This document shows, piece by piece, positions 20,423-29,677 of a DNA stretch of 58,070 bases (positions are counted from its first letter, which is position 1; every line of letters starts with the position of its first letter). The notes under the pieces were generated by a model. That model did not search any database. It was not told the origin of the DNA and was given only the letters and a program-made list of their open reading frames with translations. The stretch is from Planctomycetota bacterium. GTDB taxonomy: Bacteria; Planctomycetota; Phycisphaerae; WQYP01. The stretch lies in contig JAKBCC010000002.1 of the NCBI GenBank assembly GCA_021808105.1, positions 1 to 58,070 on the forward strand. Direction: 5' to 3'. Position numbers and translations under genes: made by a program.

Positions 20423-20655
20423 CCTCTATTACGTCCGGTATCACCCGACCGGATACGGTTAATTCCTTCCGCCAAAGATCAAAACGTTAGCAGAACTTGC
20501 GCCTATCGGCAAGAGGCACGTCTTCTCACATCTGTGGCCCGGCTGCGGGGAAAATGTTTGAGTTGAAGGGTTTGCGTTCCACAATCGTCAAAGGTAGTAT
20601 CCGTTTAACGTTGTTTTCGGAGGGCGGGAGCATCTTTTAACGTAAAGGTGCCAAC

Positions 20656-23600
20656 ATGGCCGGAAACCTGGCGGAGGTATTGCATCTCGCCGATGCACAG
20701 CGGCACGCACCGCAGGAAAAGGAAGTGTTGCGCCGCCATGGTCTGCAACTTGCGCAACAAGCACCGGACCTGGCGGGACTGCTATGGCAATGGCTGGCGG
20801 ATAATTCTCAAAGTGCCAAATACATTAACCGCATGACGGAAACCGAGGGGCAGATCCTCCGATCGCAAATCGCCGAACATTTCAGCATGTTATGCCTGAG
20901 GGATTACGACGGCACTCGAGCGGATAATCAGATTGCATTGGGCGCGTTGCCGCAACGATTGGCTTTAAACGAGCAATGGATCAGCGATACCTACAAAGCA
21001 TTGGGTAAATTTCTGGAACCGGTTCTGGAAAAGTTTCCTTCCCAGGACCGGGAGTTGCTCCGCAGCGCCCTGCACAAACGATTGCAACTGGATGAAGGGT
21101 GCGCCCGGATTGGCTACCGGCAGGCCCAGCAGGAGAGTCTCCAGCGGCATGAAGCCCTTTACGAGGCCGTCCGATTTGCCAATCAGCTGCTGACACACCA
21201 CACGGACGCTGCGCTACTTTTGGAAAGTATTGTCGATACATTGGCGCATCACCTTAAAGTACCGCTGCTGGGAATTGGATTTATCAATCCGCGCACCGGC
21301 CACATTCAAATACGCGCAGCCGCCGGGCCGGCCAAGGCCTATTTCAGCAATATCACGTTGTCCGCTTCCGATGCGGTGCCGGAAGGGCGCGGGCCGGGCG
21401 CACGGGCCTTAAATTCCAATAATGTTCTGCAGGTTGATAATTTTGCCGAGGATCCAACCTTTGATCCCTGGAGAATTCAGGCCGGTCGATTTGGTCTGAC
21501 GGGCAGTATTACCGCACCGTTTAAAACCCGGCGCGGACAACATGGATTTCTCAGTATGTACCGCACGGCCGAAATCCCGTTTCCCCAAGGGGCTGCCAAA
21601 CTGCTGCATCAGTTGGCCCGGGACATCGGCGGCGCGCTGGACCGCATTCATGCGCAGAGAGAATTGCGGCGGCTACATGCATACGAAGACGCACTGGAAG
21701 AAATTAACCAGATGCTGCTGAAAAATCCCGCGCCTGCGGCGATTTTCCGGCTGCTGGTGGAGACCATCGTAGCGCATACCGACGCACCGATTGCCTACGT
21801 GCGGCTTATTGATCCGCGCACCGAGCTTGCCGAAATCGTCAGTCACTGCGGCAAAGCCGCCGAACGGATGCTGCAAACCCAATGGTCGATAGATCTTAAG
21901 GGTCCTATGGGTAACGGCGTGACAGGCAAGGTGTATCGGACCGGCAGGGAATATGTCGTACCGGATGCCTTGGCACACGCGGATTTTGCGATCTGGCGGG
22001 ATTTTTTGAAGGGCCTGAAGCTGCGCGGGGCGGCAGGTTTTCCAATTGGGGAAAAAGATAAAAAGCCCGAAGCGGTACTTTTTGTCGGAAGTCGACAGTC
22101 CAGCTACTTTAGCCGCCCTATTTTAAAACTTCTTAGGCGATTGGCGGGCAACGCTTCTCTGGCGCTTTCCAGCTACCGCCAGCGCGAACGCTTGGAATAT
22201 TTAAGTATTCATGACTCGCTTACCGACTTGCCCAACCGCGGCTATTTTGAGCACGCCATTATGGAATCTCTTGGCCGGGCGGATCGGTACAATCGACAAA
22301 TGGCGATTGGTATTCTGGATATTGACGGGTTTAAAGAAATTAACGATACGCTTGGACATGCCGCGGGGGATGATCTGTTGCGCGTGGTTTCCCATCGCCT
22401 GGCGACCACCATGCGAAAGGGCGATGTGGTAGCACGCATCGGCGGAGACGAATTCGGCCTGATTTTAAGCATGGAAGACGGTGCTGATTTAGGCATAGCG
22501 GCCGAGCGGCTGCTGCAGGTGCTTGATGAGCCGGTGAATTGGCAGGGCCAGAATATCACCGTCAACGCGCGGATGGGATTCACCGTTTATCCCATTGACA
22601 ATTCGGATCGGGAAACATTGCTGCGGCACGCCGATGCAGTTTTATATTCCGCGAAAGAGGGGAACGTCCGTTTTGAAGTGTTCCAGAGCGCCATCGCCGA
22701 AAAAGTTGAACAGCGCTTTCATGCCCGACAGAATTTTCCCGCCGCCGTGAAAGATGGCAAAATACAATTTTTCCTCCAGCCACAGGCCAATATGCGGCAC
22801 GGAAAACTTGACGGTCTGGAGATGCTGGCACGCTGGCGGGAGGGCGATAAATGGCTCTCCCCGGCCACCTTTATGCCGGTGATTGAAAATGATCCGGCTC
22901 TGATTTGTCTGCTGGGAAGTCTGGTGATCAAAGAGGCCGTGGGGCTGCGCCGGCGTTTGCTGGCGCAAGCACTGGATTTGCGCATCAGCGTGAATATCGG
23001 ATCGCGGCATCTGCTGCATCCCAATTTTCTGAAGGATTTGGATGCGGCTTTAGCCGACTGTACGGATCCATCCTTTCTTACTCTGGAAATTACCGAAGTC
23101 ACGGCCCTGACGGATATGCCCTTGGCAGTCCAGCGGCTTGAGGCGATTAACCTGCGTCACGTTTCCACCAGCCTCGATGACTTTGGAACCGGCCATGCCT
23201 CGTTATTGTACGCCGCCTCCCTGCCGGTGAAGGAACTCAAGCTCGGACAGGAATTCATGCGTGGATTATTAGTCAAAAACGCCCACGCCTCCGTCACTAT
23301 GGCGGCCTTGCAATTTGCGGAACTTTCCAACACCCGCTTGATTGCCGAGGGAGTTGAGACGCCTGAGCAACTGGCGTATTGGCTGCGACTCGGCGGTGAA
23401 AATATCCAGGGATATTTCTTAGCCCGCCCCATGGAAGAAGAACGGTTTATGGCTTGGGCTGCGAGCTTAAAGCTCCCACCGCAACCCTCGCCGCCGCGCT
23501 ACGCCTCACCGGACCTGCAACTGTTGTCGCGGCATGTATCGGTTACTGAGCGACTCATGAGGCTGCGTGAAATGCGGACCGCTGGAATCCCCGATCCGTT

Positions 23601-23862
23601 GCCCATGGACGTTCCGCCGCTTGAGAGTTGCCCAACCGGACTTTGGATTCAGCAGCGCCGGGCTGCGTATGGCCATCTGCCGGAGTTTACAGCCATGGAC
23701 AAAGCCCACCTGCAACGCCATGAGCTTTTAGCCCCCATTCATCATGACACGTCGCTGGAACTGCTTGAAGAATGGGGTCAAGTCATACAAACCCTGATCC
23801 TGGCCATCGACCAGGAATTGGTCCGCAGGACTGGATCATCTGGCACGCCGCACACTCGTTGA
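20656..23862 (+). CDS. Multidomain c-di-GMP signalling protein: N-terminal sensor region, 2x GAF, GGDEF, EAL, and a C-terminal CZB-like zinc-binding domain
   Basis: RIGGDEFGLIL; EAL-domain motifs GLEMLARW, ISVNIG, DDFGTGHAS, EGVET...QGYF. The C-terminal HVSVTERL...SCPTGLWIQ...AHLQRHELL matches the H...C..G.W...H...H pattern of CZB domains. Confidence 0.85.
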   Translation: MAGNLAEVLHLADAQRHAPQEKEVLRRHGLQLAQQAPDLAGLLWQWLADNSQSAKYINRMTETEGQILRSQIAEHFSMLCLRDYDGTRADNQIALGALPQRLALNEQWISDTYKALGKFLEPVLEKFPSQDRELLRSALHKRLQLDEGCARIGYRQAQQESLQRHEALYEAVRFANQLLTHHTDAALLLESIVDTLAHHLKVPLLGIGFINPRTGHIQIRAAAGPAKAYFSNITLSASDAVPEGRGPGARALNSNNVLQVDNFAEDPTFDPWRIQAGRFGLTGSITAPFKTRRGQHGFLSMYRTAEIPFPQGAAKLLHQLARDIGGALDRIHAQRELRRLHAYEDALEEINQMLLKNPAPAAIFRLLVETIVAHTDAPIAYVRLIDPRTELAEIVSHCGKAAERMLQTQWSIDLKGPMGNGVTGKVYRTGREYVVPDALAHADFAIWRDFLKGLKLRGAAGFPIGEKDKKPEAVLFVGSRQSSYFSRPILKLLRRLAGNASLALSSYRQRERLEYLSIHDSLTDLPNRGYFEHAIMESLGRADRYNRQMAIGILDIDGFKEINDTLGHAAGDDLLRVVSHRLATTMRKGDVVARIGGDEFGLILSMEDGADLGIAAERLLQVLDEPVNWQGQNITVNARMGFTVYPIDNSDRETLLRHADAVLYSAKEGNVRFEVFQSAIAEKVEQRFHARQNFPAAVKDGKIQFFLQPQANMRHGKLDGLEMLARWREGDKWLSPATFMPVIENDPALICLLGSLVIKEAVGLRRRLLAQALDLRISVNIGSRHLLHPNFLKDLDAALADCTDPSFLTLEITEVTALTDMPLAVQRLEAINLRHVSTSLDDFGTGHASLLYAASLPVKELKLGQEFMRGLLVKNAHASVTMAALQFAELSNTRLIAEGVETPEQLAYWLRLGGENIQGYFLARPMEEERFMAWAASLKLPPQPSPPRYASPDLQLLSRHVSVTERLMRLREMRTAGIPDPLPMDVPPLESCPTGLWIQQRRAAYGHLPEFTAMDKAHLQRHELLAPIHHDTSLELLEEWGQVIQTLILAIDQELVRRTGSSGTPHTR

Positions 23863-23882
23863 GGTTGTTATAGTTGGCATGG

Positions 23883-24452
23883 TCAATCCCACCTGCAATC
23901 ACCGGCGATTTTCCTGATTCCGTCAACGAACGCCTTAAAACTGGGCGATCGGCTGTTCTCCGGGTTAAGGCAGGGGCCAATATCCCGCGAGCCGCTGACC
24001 TTTTGGTAGCGGTGAGCTGTCAGTTTGAACAACTCCTCGGCGGCGTTGGCGATGGAATCCGGATCGCGATACTTTTCCTTCTCCTGTTTTTCAGCAAGCC
24101 CTGGAATACGCAGTGCCTGTTCTACTGCGGCCAGGTCCGCCAAGTACCAGCTTTCCAACTCATGGCAGGCAATGCGCACAAGAACGCCGGTGCGTTTAGC
24201 CTGACGGCATTTCGCAACCAGCCCTTTTTTGACCACACGGCAATCGTTGGAATCCTGATCCCGCAGAATCACGAAGCGCGCGTGAGGGGTGCGGTAATGT
24301 TGCAGTCGGCGGACAATCTGTGTTTCCAGATCGCCCTTGCCTTCAAAAACGATGTAACGCGCCGTCCGGTCTTGCGGTATGAGACGCGGGAGCAAGCCCT
24401 TAAGCATTTCTGCTGCGGATTGCTCCTCCAGAAAAAAGACCAATTCGCTCAT
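23883..24452 (-). CDS. DUF4276-like small protein (Toprim-like acidic motifs), partner of the upstream ATPase
   Basis: LVFFLEEQSAAEMLKGLLPRL...FVILRDQDSND...ACHELESWYLADL. There is a 4-nt overlap with the ATPase stop. The family call comes from remembered motif architecture. Confidence 0.6.
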   Translation of the reverse strand: MSELVFFLEEQSAAEMLKGLLPRLIPQDRTARYIVFEGKGDLETQIVRRLQHYRTPHARFVILRDQDSNDCRVVKKGLVAKCRQAKRTGVLVRIACHELESWYLADLAAVEQALRIPGLAEKQEKEKYRDPDSIANAAEELFKLTAHRYQKVSGSRDIGPCLNPENSRSPSFKAFVDGIRKIAGDCRWD

Positions 24453-25636
24453 TTGGGATCCGCTCCCCCAAAGAAGCCCTGCTTCCAGAGGTATCCCATC
24501 ATGTCACCACTTTTCATATATTGGCGGATCTGCCGGTCTGCCGAGGCCCGTTTTACCACCGTATACCCTTTTTCCTTGACCAGCCAGAAAACCTCATCGA
24601 GGCCACAGGCATTGAGAAAATCCGGTGAATGGGTGGAGATGAAAACCTGGCCGCCTCGATGCGCGTATTGGCGGAATTCCTCAGCCAATTCGGTCAGCAG
24701 CCGGGGATAGAGATGGTTTTCCGGCTCTTCCACGCAAAGCAGCGGATGGGGCCGGGGATCGTAAAGAAGGATGAGGTAAGCCAGCATTTTGATCGTACCG
24801 TCAGAAACATGCCGGGCTAAAAATGGATCGGCAAATGCACCATCCTGAAAACGGAGCAATACCCGGCCTTCTTCGGTGGTTTTAGCGTCCACATTGGCGA
24901 TTCCAGGCACACGATGCTTCAGGCGTTCGATAATCGTGTCAAAAACATCCCTGTGACGCTTGTAGAGAAACTCTGTGACCAGGGCCAGATTCTCCCCCTC
25001 TTTTGATAGGTGCTCGGCGTAGCCGGCCTCTTGCTCCGGCCGGGCTCGCTGGATATGAAAATCGGAAATATGCCAGTTGGATATCAGATCACCCAATGCC
25101 ATCGCCGCCGGAAACTTTTTGAACTGTGCCAAGCCCTTGATCGCTAATGTGTCCGGCGACTTAAGCGTTTGTTCCTCTCGCATCAGTTCATTTTCACTTT
25201 TCACCTTGTCGGGTTCATTGGTAACAGCAGTTCCCTGGCCATTTTCAAAATCCAGAAAATGCCAAGGTTGCCCCTTGCTGCCCCGGCGGTATTTGAGCAC
25301 TTCGCGCGTTACGACTGGTCTTCCCTCCATTTCATCAATGGCCAGCGTATAGGTAATTAGCGGCGAATTATCTTTCACCCGGAATTTCAATTCAATTTCA
25401 ATCGGGCCTTTGGAATTGCGACTGCGCGCCTCCTGGAACCCCCGGCTCCCGCCCAGCCGCGTCAGGGCGACGGGAATATCCTCAGTTATAGCATCTTTCA
25501 GAAACCCAAATACACTTAAGAGCGTGGATTTGCCCGTACCGTTGGCACCGACTAACACACACATGCGCGGAATGGTTTTAAGCTCGGCATCTTGAAACGC
25601 CTTGAAGTTCTTGAGTTTGATCGATTCAAGTTTCAT
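24449..25636 (-). CDS. ABC/SMC-like AAA ATPase of the OLD/PARIS/Gabija ATPase class (AAA_15/21-like)
   Basis: IKLKNFKAF...VLVGANGTGKSTLL (Walker A), LLCVEEPENHLYP (Walker B / D-loop), FISTHSPDFLN (H-loop), and a roughly 230-aa insert between the lobes. Confidence 0.8.
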   Translation of the reverse strand: MKLESIKLKNFKAFQDAELKTIPRMCVLVGANGTGKSTLLSVFGFLKDAITEDIPVALTRLGGSRGFQEARSRNSKGPIEIELKFRVKDNSPLITYTLAIDEMEGRPVVTREVLKYRRGSKGQPWHFLDFENGQGTAVTNEPDKVKSENELMREEQTLKSPDTLAIKGLAQFKKFPAAMALGDLISNWHISDFHIQRARPEQEAGYAEHLSKEGENLALVTEFLYKRHRDVFDTIIERLKHRVPGIANVDAKTTEEGRVLLRFQDGAFADPFLARHVSDGTIKMLAYLILLYDPRPHPLLCVEEPENHLYPRLLTELAEEFRQYAHRGGQVFISTHSPDFLNACGLDEVFWLVKEKGYTVVKRASADRQIRQYMKSGDMMGYLWKQGFFGGADPK

Positions 25637-26004
25637 GAGGCAAATTCCTTTCCGGTTTATTGTCGGCCATGCCGAAATTGTACGACAAAAGCGACCCGAT
25701 GTAATGCCGTCAATTTTGTTCTATTCGTGGGATGGTGTGATTGTTCCCAGCGGCACGGGACTGTGTTGATCCGGTGGCTGAACCCGGTGTTTGATTCGAT
25801 CGGGGCGATCTGCGTTAATGGGTTGCTGCACCGCCGGAGGGAGCCGCTTCAGGAAGATCACCTGCACGCGTTGCGGAGAGAGGAAGTTTCCCCGGCGGAT
25901 TATGATCCAGCGATTGCGACGGGGCCAACTTTTCAAATGTGCTATAAATGCGTACTATATGTCCTGGAATTGGTCTGTGAACCACAGAATGTGGAGAATG
26001 CTGT

Positions 26005-26544
26005 ATGAAGCTTGAAGATGTCATCGAATTGCACCCGCCGGAACTTAAAGCTTCCGAAAATATCTTTTTACCCGCCGTGCTTTCCGGCTTGGGAAGCACC
26101 CTGGTGCATCTGTTTAGATCAGTCAGCGGTGATGTACGCACCATGCAGTACCCCGAAGAACGCCGGGAAGATAAACCCGTTCTGGAGCAAGGCATGGATG
26201 TGCAGCGCTATCGCGGGGTACATCGGCTTAACCGCGATGAGCAGAATCGGGTTAAATGCGTGGCCTGTTACATGTGTGCTACAGCCTGCCCGGCCCATTG
26301 CATTCACATTGTCGGAGATGCCGCCCCGGATTCCTGGCCGGACCGCGAAAAATATCCCATTAAATTTGATATTGATGAGTTGCGCTGCATCTATTGCGGG
26401 ATGTGTGAGGAAGCCTGCCCGGTCGATGCCATTGAATTGACGTATGAATACGACATTGTCGGCCTGACACGCGAAGAGATGGTTTTTGACAAACAAAAAC
26501 TCCTGGCGATTTACGACCAGACCATTAAACGCAAGCCAATGTAA
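26005..26544 (+). CDS. nuoI: NADH-quinone oxidoreductase subunit I (2x[4Fe-4S] ferredoxin subunit)
   Basis: TMQYPEE..., CVACYMCATACP and CIYCGMCEEACPVDAI. Length and layout are typical of NuoI. No other nuo genes are present in the window. Confidence 0.8.
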   Translation: MKLEDVIELHPPELKASENIFLPAVLSGLGSTLVHLFRSVSGDVRTMQYPEERREDKPVLEQGMDVQRYRGVHRLNRDEQNRVKCVACYMCATACPAHCIHIVGDAAPDSWPDREKYPIKFDIDELRCIYCGMCEEACPVDAIELTYEYDIVGLTREEMVFDKQKLLAIYDQTIKRKPM

Positions 26545-26782
26545 AATATATATTTTGATTTGCGAATAATGTATTGTTATCGGGCATTAATTTCTCGTAA
26601 ATTGCCCTCGCCGCTCCCACGAGCTTTGGTTGCTCCCCCGCTGCGGGTAGAATACAGGGTTGAAATTGCTACGCGCAGGGTAACGCGTGAGGCGAGTTCG
26701 GACCGGGGACAGGTACCGCGTGACGGTAAGGTCATGATTATTTAGCTATGAGGCGGCGGCGCGGGGCCGCCCGCAAAGATAT

Positions 26783-29092
26783 ATGTGGTTTGAAAAAAAA
26801 AGTTTGCGTCGTCTGGCAGTAGCCGAAGACGCCTCCCCACGGCAGCGATTCTGGAAAGATGTTACTTGGCCCCAGTGGACATTCATCATTCTTACCGCGC
26901 TGTGCTTTGCGGTGCTGCTGGTACTGGAATTGATACCCAATACCAAGCCGGTCTGGCTTGGCACGAAAGCTCCGGCGACCATTTTATCGCCTGTGACCTT
27001 CAGTATTCCGGATCATGCCGAATTCAAAGCCCTGCGCCTGCAAGCCCGCCTTCATACCAATCCGGTGCTTAAGCTTAATGACCAAGGCAAGCTTCTGGAG
27101 ATTATCGGCACAGAGCTTAACAGCCTGCCATATGATGTTGCGGCTCTAAACTCACCGATTAACCTTTCTGAACCCTTGCGTACCCGATTTCCGCGCCTGA
27201 CTGCCAATGCCTTGAAATACCTGCACCGTATTATCCAGGACAATGAATTTCCGCAGTATTCCGGGCAGATCAAATTATTAGTCACTGAACTCAAGCAGCG
27301 CCCGGTGATTGATCAGAAAACGTTGGAAGCCATTGCGCGAACTCCTGCTGTTAATATCATCGTGCGCACGACAAATAACAACAAAGTCCGGCAAACCAGA
27401 ATAAAACTCAATGAGCTGGGTGTATTGGATGCTCGCGGCCAGGGGTTCCGGCCGATGGTGGAGCGATGTCTGCCTGAACCCTTATGGAATACTGTTTCCG
27501 CTTTTCTGGCGGCCAGGAAAACGCCTACGTTTATTCTGGATCGCGCCGCCATGGCCCAGTTGGCCTCCGCTAACCAGGCGGCCATTACCATGCCACAACG
27601 GGTTTTTCATCGAGGCGAGGTGCTGGTTCATGCGGGGGAAATTATCACCCCGGGAATTCGTATGAACCTGCACGTGGCATACAGTGTGTGGCACCAGCAT
27701 CTGGCCAAGCGACATCCCTGGGCATTATGGGAGCACCTGCTGGGGCTTTATATGCTCACGGGCGTACTGTGCGTTATCGGGGCTATTTATATTGGATACC
27801 GCGTACGGGAACCCGGCTTTCGCAGAGCGCCGGCCCCCGCTATCTTACTGCTGACGTGTGCTGCGGCGGCCAAGATTACGCTGGTGGCGGGGCTGGCGGG
27901 TTGGATTTATCTGCTGGGCATGGCACCGATTTTACTGGCGGCGCTGATTTTCGTGATCGCCTATGATCAGCGATTTGCCATGGGCATCTCAGCGCTTAAC
28001 GCGCTATTGGTAACGGTGGTGGCCGGGCAGGACTTATGTTTCTTTATCGCGGCGTTTGCCACGTCCGCCATTCTCATTTTTTGCCTCAGCGAAATCCGCA
28101 CCCGCACGCAACTTATTCGTGTGGGTCTGCTGGCCGCACTGGTCGCGGGGGCGACGGTTCTGGGATTTGGCTTTTCACGTACGCCACTGACCCAGGCGGT
28201 TCCTCTGGATTGGCTCTATGCGGCGCGGCAACCCGGAACAGGGATTTTAATAGACCAGGCCATCTGTGCGGCCAGCGCGGTTTTCGCCGCCATCTTTATC
28301 ATGCTCGGTTTGCTGCATTTCGTGGAAAAGGTTTTCGGTCTGATTACGGCGATGACCCTGCTGGAACTTTCTGATACCAATCAACCGCTCCTGCGCCGCC
28401 TGGCCATGGAAGCGCCGGGCACGTTCAGTCATTCGCTGGTGCTGGGTTCCATGGCTGAAGCCGCAGCACGGGAACTGGGCGCCAACAGCCTGTTGTGCCG
28501 CGTGGGAGCCTACTACCACGACATTGGAAAGCTTCTTAAACCCGGATATTTCATGGAGAATATGAACGCCGGCCAGAACCGTCACGAAAAACTCTCTCCG
28601 GCCATGAGTCTGTTAATTGTGGTGGGCCACGTGAAGGACGGTTTAGAACTGGCGCGGGAATATCGCCTGCCGCTGGCCGTGCGGGATTTTATCGCCGAAC
28701 ATCATGGCACTACCATCGTTGAATATTTCCTTCACGCCGCCCGTGAAAAGCAGGCGCGCGAAGCCCTTACTGGCGGCCTGGCTTCGCAGGTGCATGATAC
28801 CGAGTTCCGGTATCCCGGTCCTAAACCGCGATGCAAGGAGACGGCCATCCTGATGATCTGCGATGGCTCGGAAGGAATGATCCGCTCCATGCCGGAACCC
28901 ACCGCTGCAAAAATCGAGGGGGCGGTGCATCAAATGATCACCAAACGCCTCATGGACGGTCAATTTGACCAGTGCAACATCACGCTTTCAGAACTGACGA
29001 TCATTGAACAATCTCTGGTTCGCACTCTGGTAGGAGCTTATCATGGTCGCATGCCGTATCCCAAGACGCTCGCCATTTCCCGGCCTGCGTAA
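26783..29092 (+). CDS. 7TM-receptor HD-domain phosphohydrolase (PgpH/YqfF-like)
   Basis: Long extracytoplasmic N-terminal region, seven hydrophobic helices, then SHSLVLGSMAE...YYHDIGK...EHHG (HD domain). Confidence 0.8.
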   Translation: MWFEKKSLRRLAVAEDASPRQRFWKDVTWPQWTFIILTALCFAVLLVLELIPNTKPVWLGTKAPATILSPVTFSIPDHAEFKALRLQARLHTNPVLKLNDQGKLLEIIGTELNSLPYDVAALNSPINLSEPLRTRFPRLTANALKYLHRIIQDNEFPQYSGQIKLLVTELKQRPVIDQKTLEAIARTPAVNIIVRTTNNNKVRQTRIKLNELGVLDARGQGFRPMVERCLPEPLWNTVSAFLAARKTPTFILDRAAMAQLASANQAAITMPQRVFHRGEVLVHAGEIITPGIRMNLHVAYSVWHQHLAKRHPWALWEHLLGLYMLTGVLCVIGAIYIGYRVREPGFRRAPAPAILLLTCAAAAKITLVAGLAGWIYLLGMAPILLAALIFVIAYDQRFAMGISALNALLVTVVAGQDLCFFIAAFATSAILIFCLSEIRTRTQLIRVGLLAALVAGATVLGFGFSRTPLTQAVPLDWLYAARQPGTGILIDQAICAASAVFAAIFIMLGLLHFVEKVFGLITAMTLLELSDTNQPLLRRLAMEAPGTFSHSLVLGSMAEAAARELGANSLLCRVGAYYHDIGKLLKPGYFMENMNAGQNRHEKLSPAMSLLIVVGHVKDGLELAREYRLPLAVRDFIAEHHGTTIVEYFLHAAREKQAREALTGGLASQVHDTEFRYPGPKPRCKETAILMICDGSEGMIRSMPEPTAAKIEGAVHQMITKRLMDGQFDQCNITLSELTIIEQSLVRTLVGAYHGRMPYPKTLAISRPA

Positions 29093-29101
29093 GGAGGCGT
29101 C

Positions 29102-29677
29102 ATGAGCATTGAAATAGAACTGCTGCCCCCGACTGATCGTCGCATCAGGCAAGCGATGCCGTCTGAACTGCGCCGGTGGATTGGCGAGCGTGCCGAAACG
29201 GCGGCGCGGTTACTGAACATAACCAGCGGCAACTGGATTATTCACCTCGTGAATGATAAGCGCATGATCCGTTATCACCAGCAGACCATGAACCTTGCCA
29301 CGGTCACCGATGTATTGACATTTAACTATACTGACACGCATCTTCCCGGCGCTCTGCCGGATATTGAAACTATTATCTGTGTGGATGAGGCCCAACGTCA
29401 GGCAATCCTACAGGATCATCTTCTGCCGGAACTGGAAATACTGCTTTATGCCATTCACAGCTTGCTGCATTGCGTGGGCTATGACGATTTAACGCCACGC
29501 CAGGCGCGGCGGATGCACCGCCGGGAAGATGCACTGCTGCGGCAGATGGCGCTGCCGGCGGTGTATTACAGTCCGGATCCTATCGCCGTCAGGAATAAGG
29601 CAGCGAAGCACGGCGCGGCTGGCGCAAGAATTTCCGCCAAGCGGAAAAAAACGCGCGTTAAGGGGAGTCGGCGATGA
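29102..29677 (+). CDS. ybeY: rRNA maturation endoribonuclease YbeY (variant metal motif, basic C-terminal tail)
   Basis: IHSLLHCVGYDD aligns with the HGxLHLxGYDH motif. Conserved context: follows the 7TM-HD gene and precedes the CBS/CorC gene. Confidence 0.75.
   Translation: MSIEIELLPPTDRRIRQAMPSELRRWIGERAETAARLLNITSGNWIIHLVNDKRMIRYHQQTMNLATVTDVLTFNYTDTHLPGALPDIETIICVDEAQRQAILQDHLLPELEILLYAIHSLLHCVGYDDLTPRQARRMHRREDALLRQMALPAVYYSPDPIAVRNKAAKHGAAGARISAKRKKTRVKGSRR

Noticed and set aside
26625-26643. 19-nt identity (gctttggttgctcccccgc) between the nuoI-pgpH intergenic region and the 5' coding end of the AsmA-like gene (41819-41837)
   Set aside because: It is a single short match with no extended flanking similarity and no associated structure. 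Chance, or a trivial micro-duplication, cannot be excluded.
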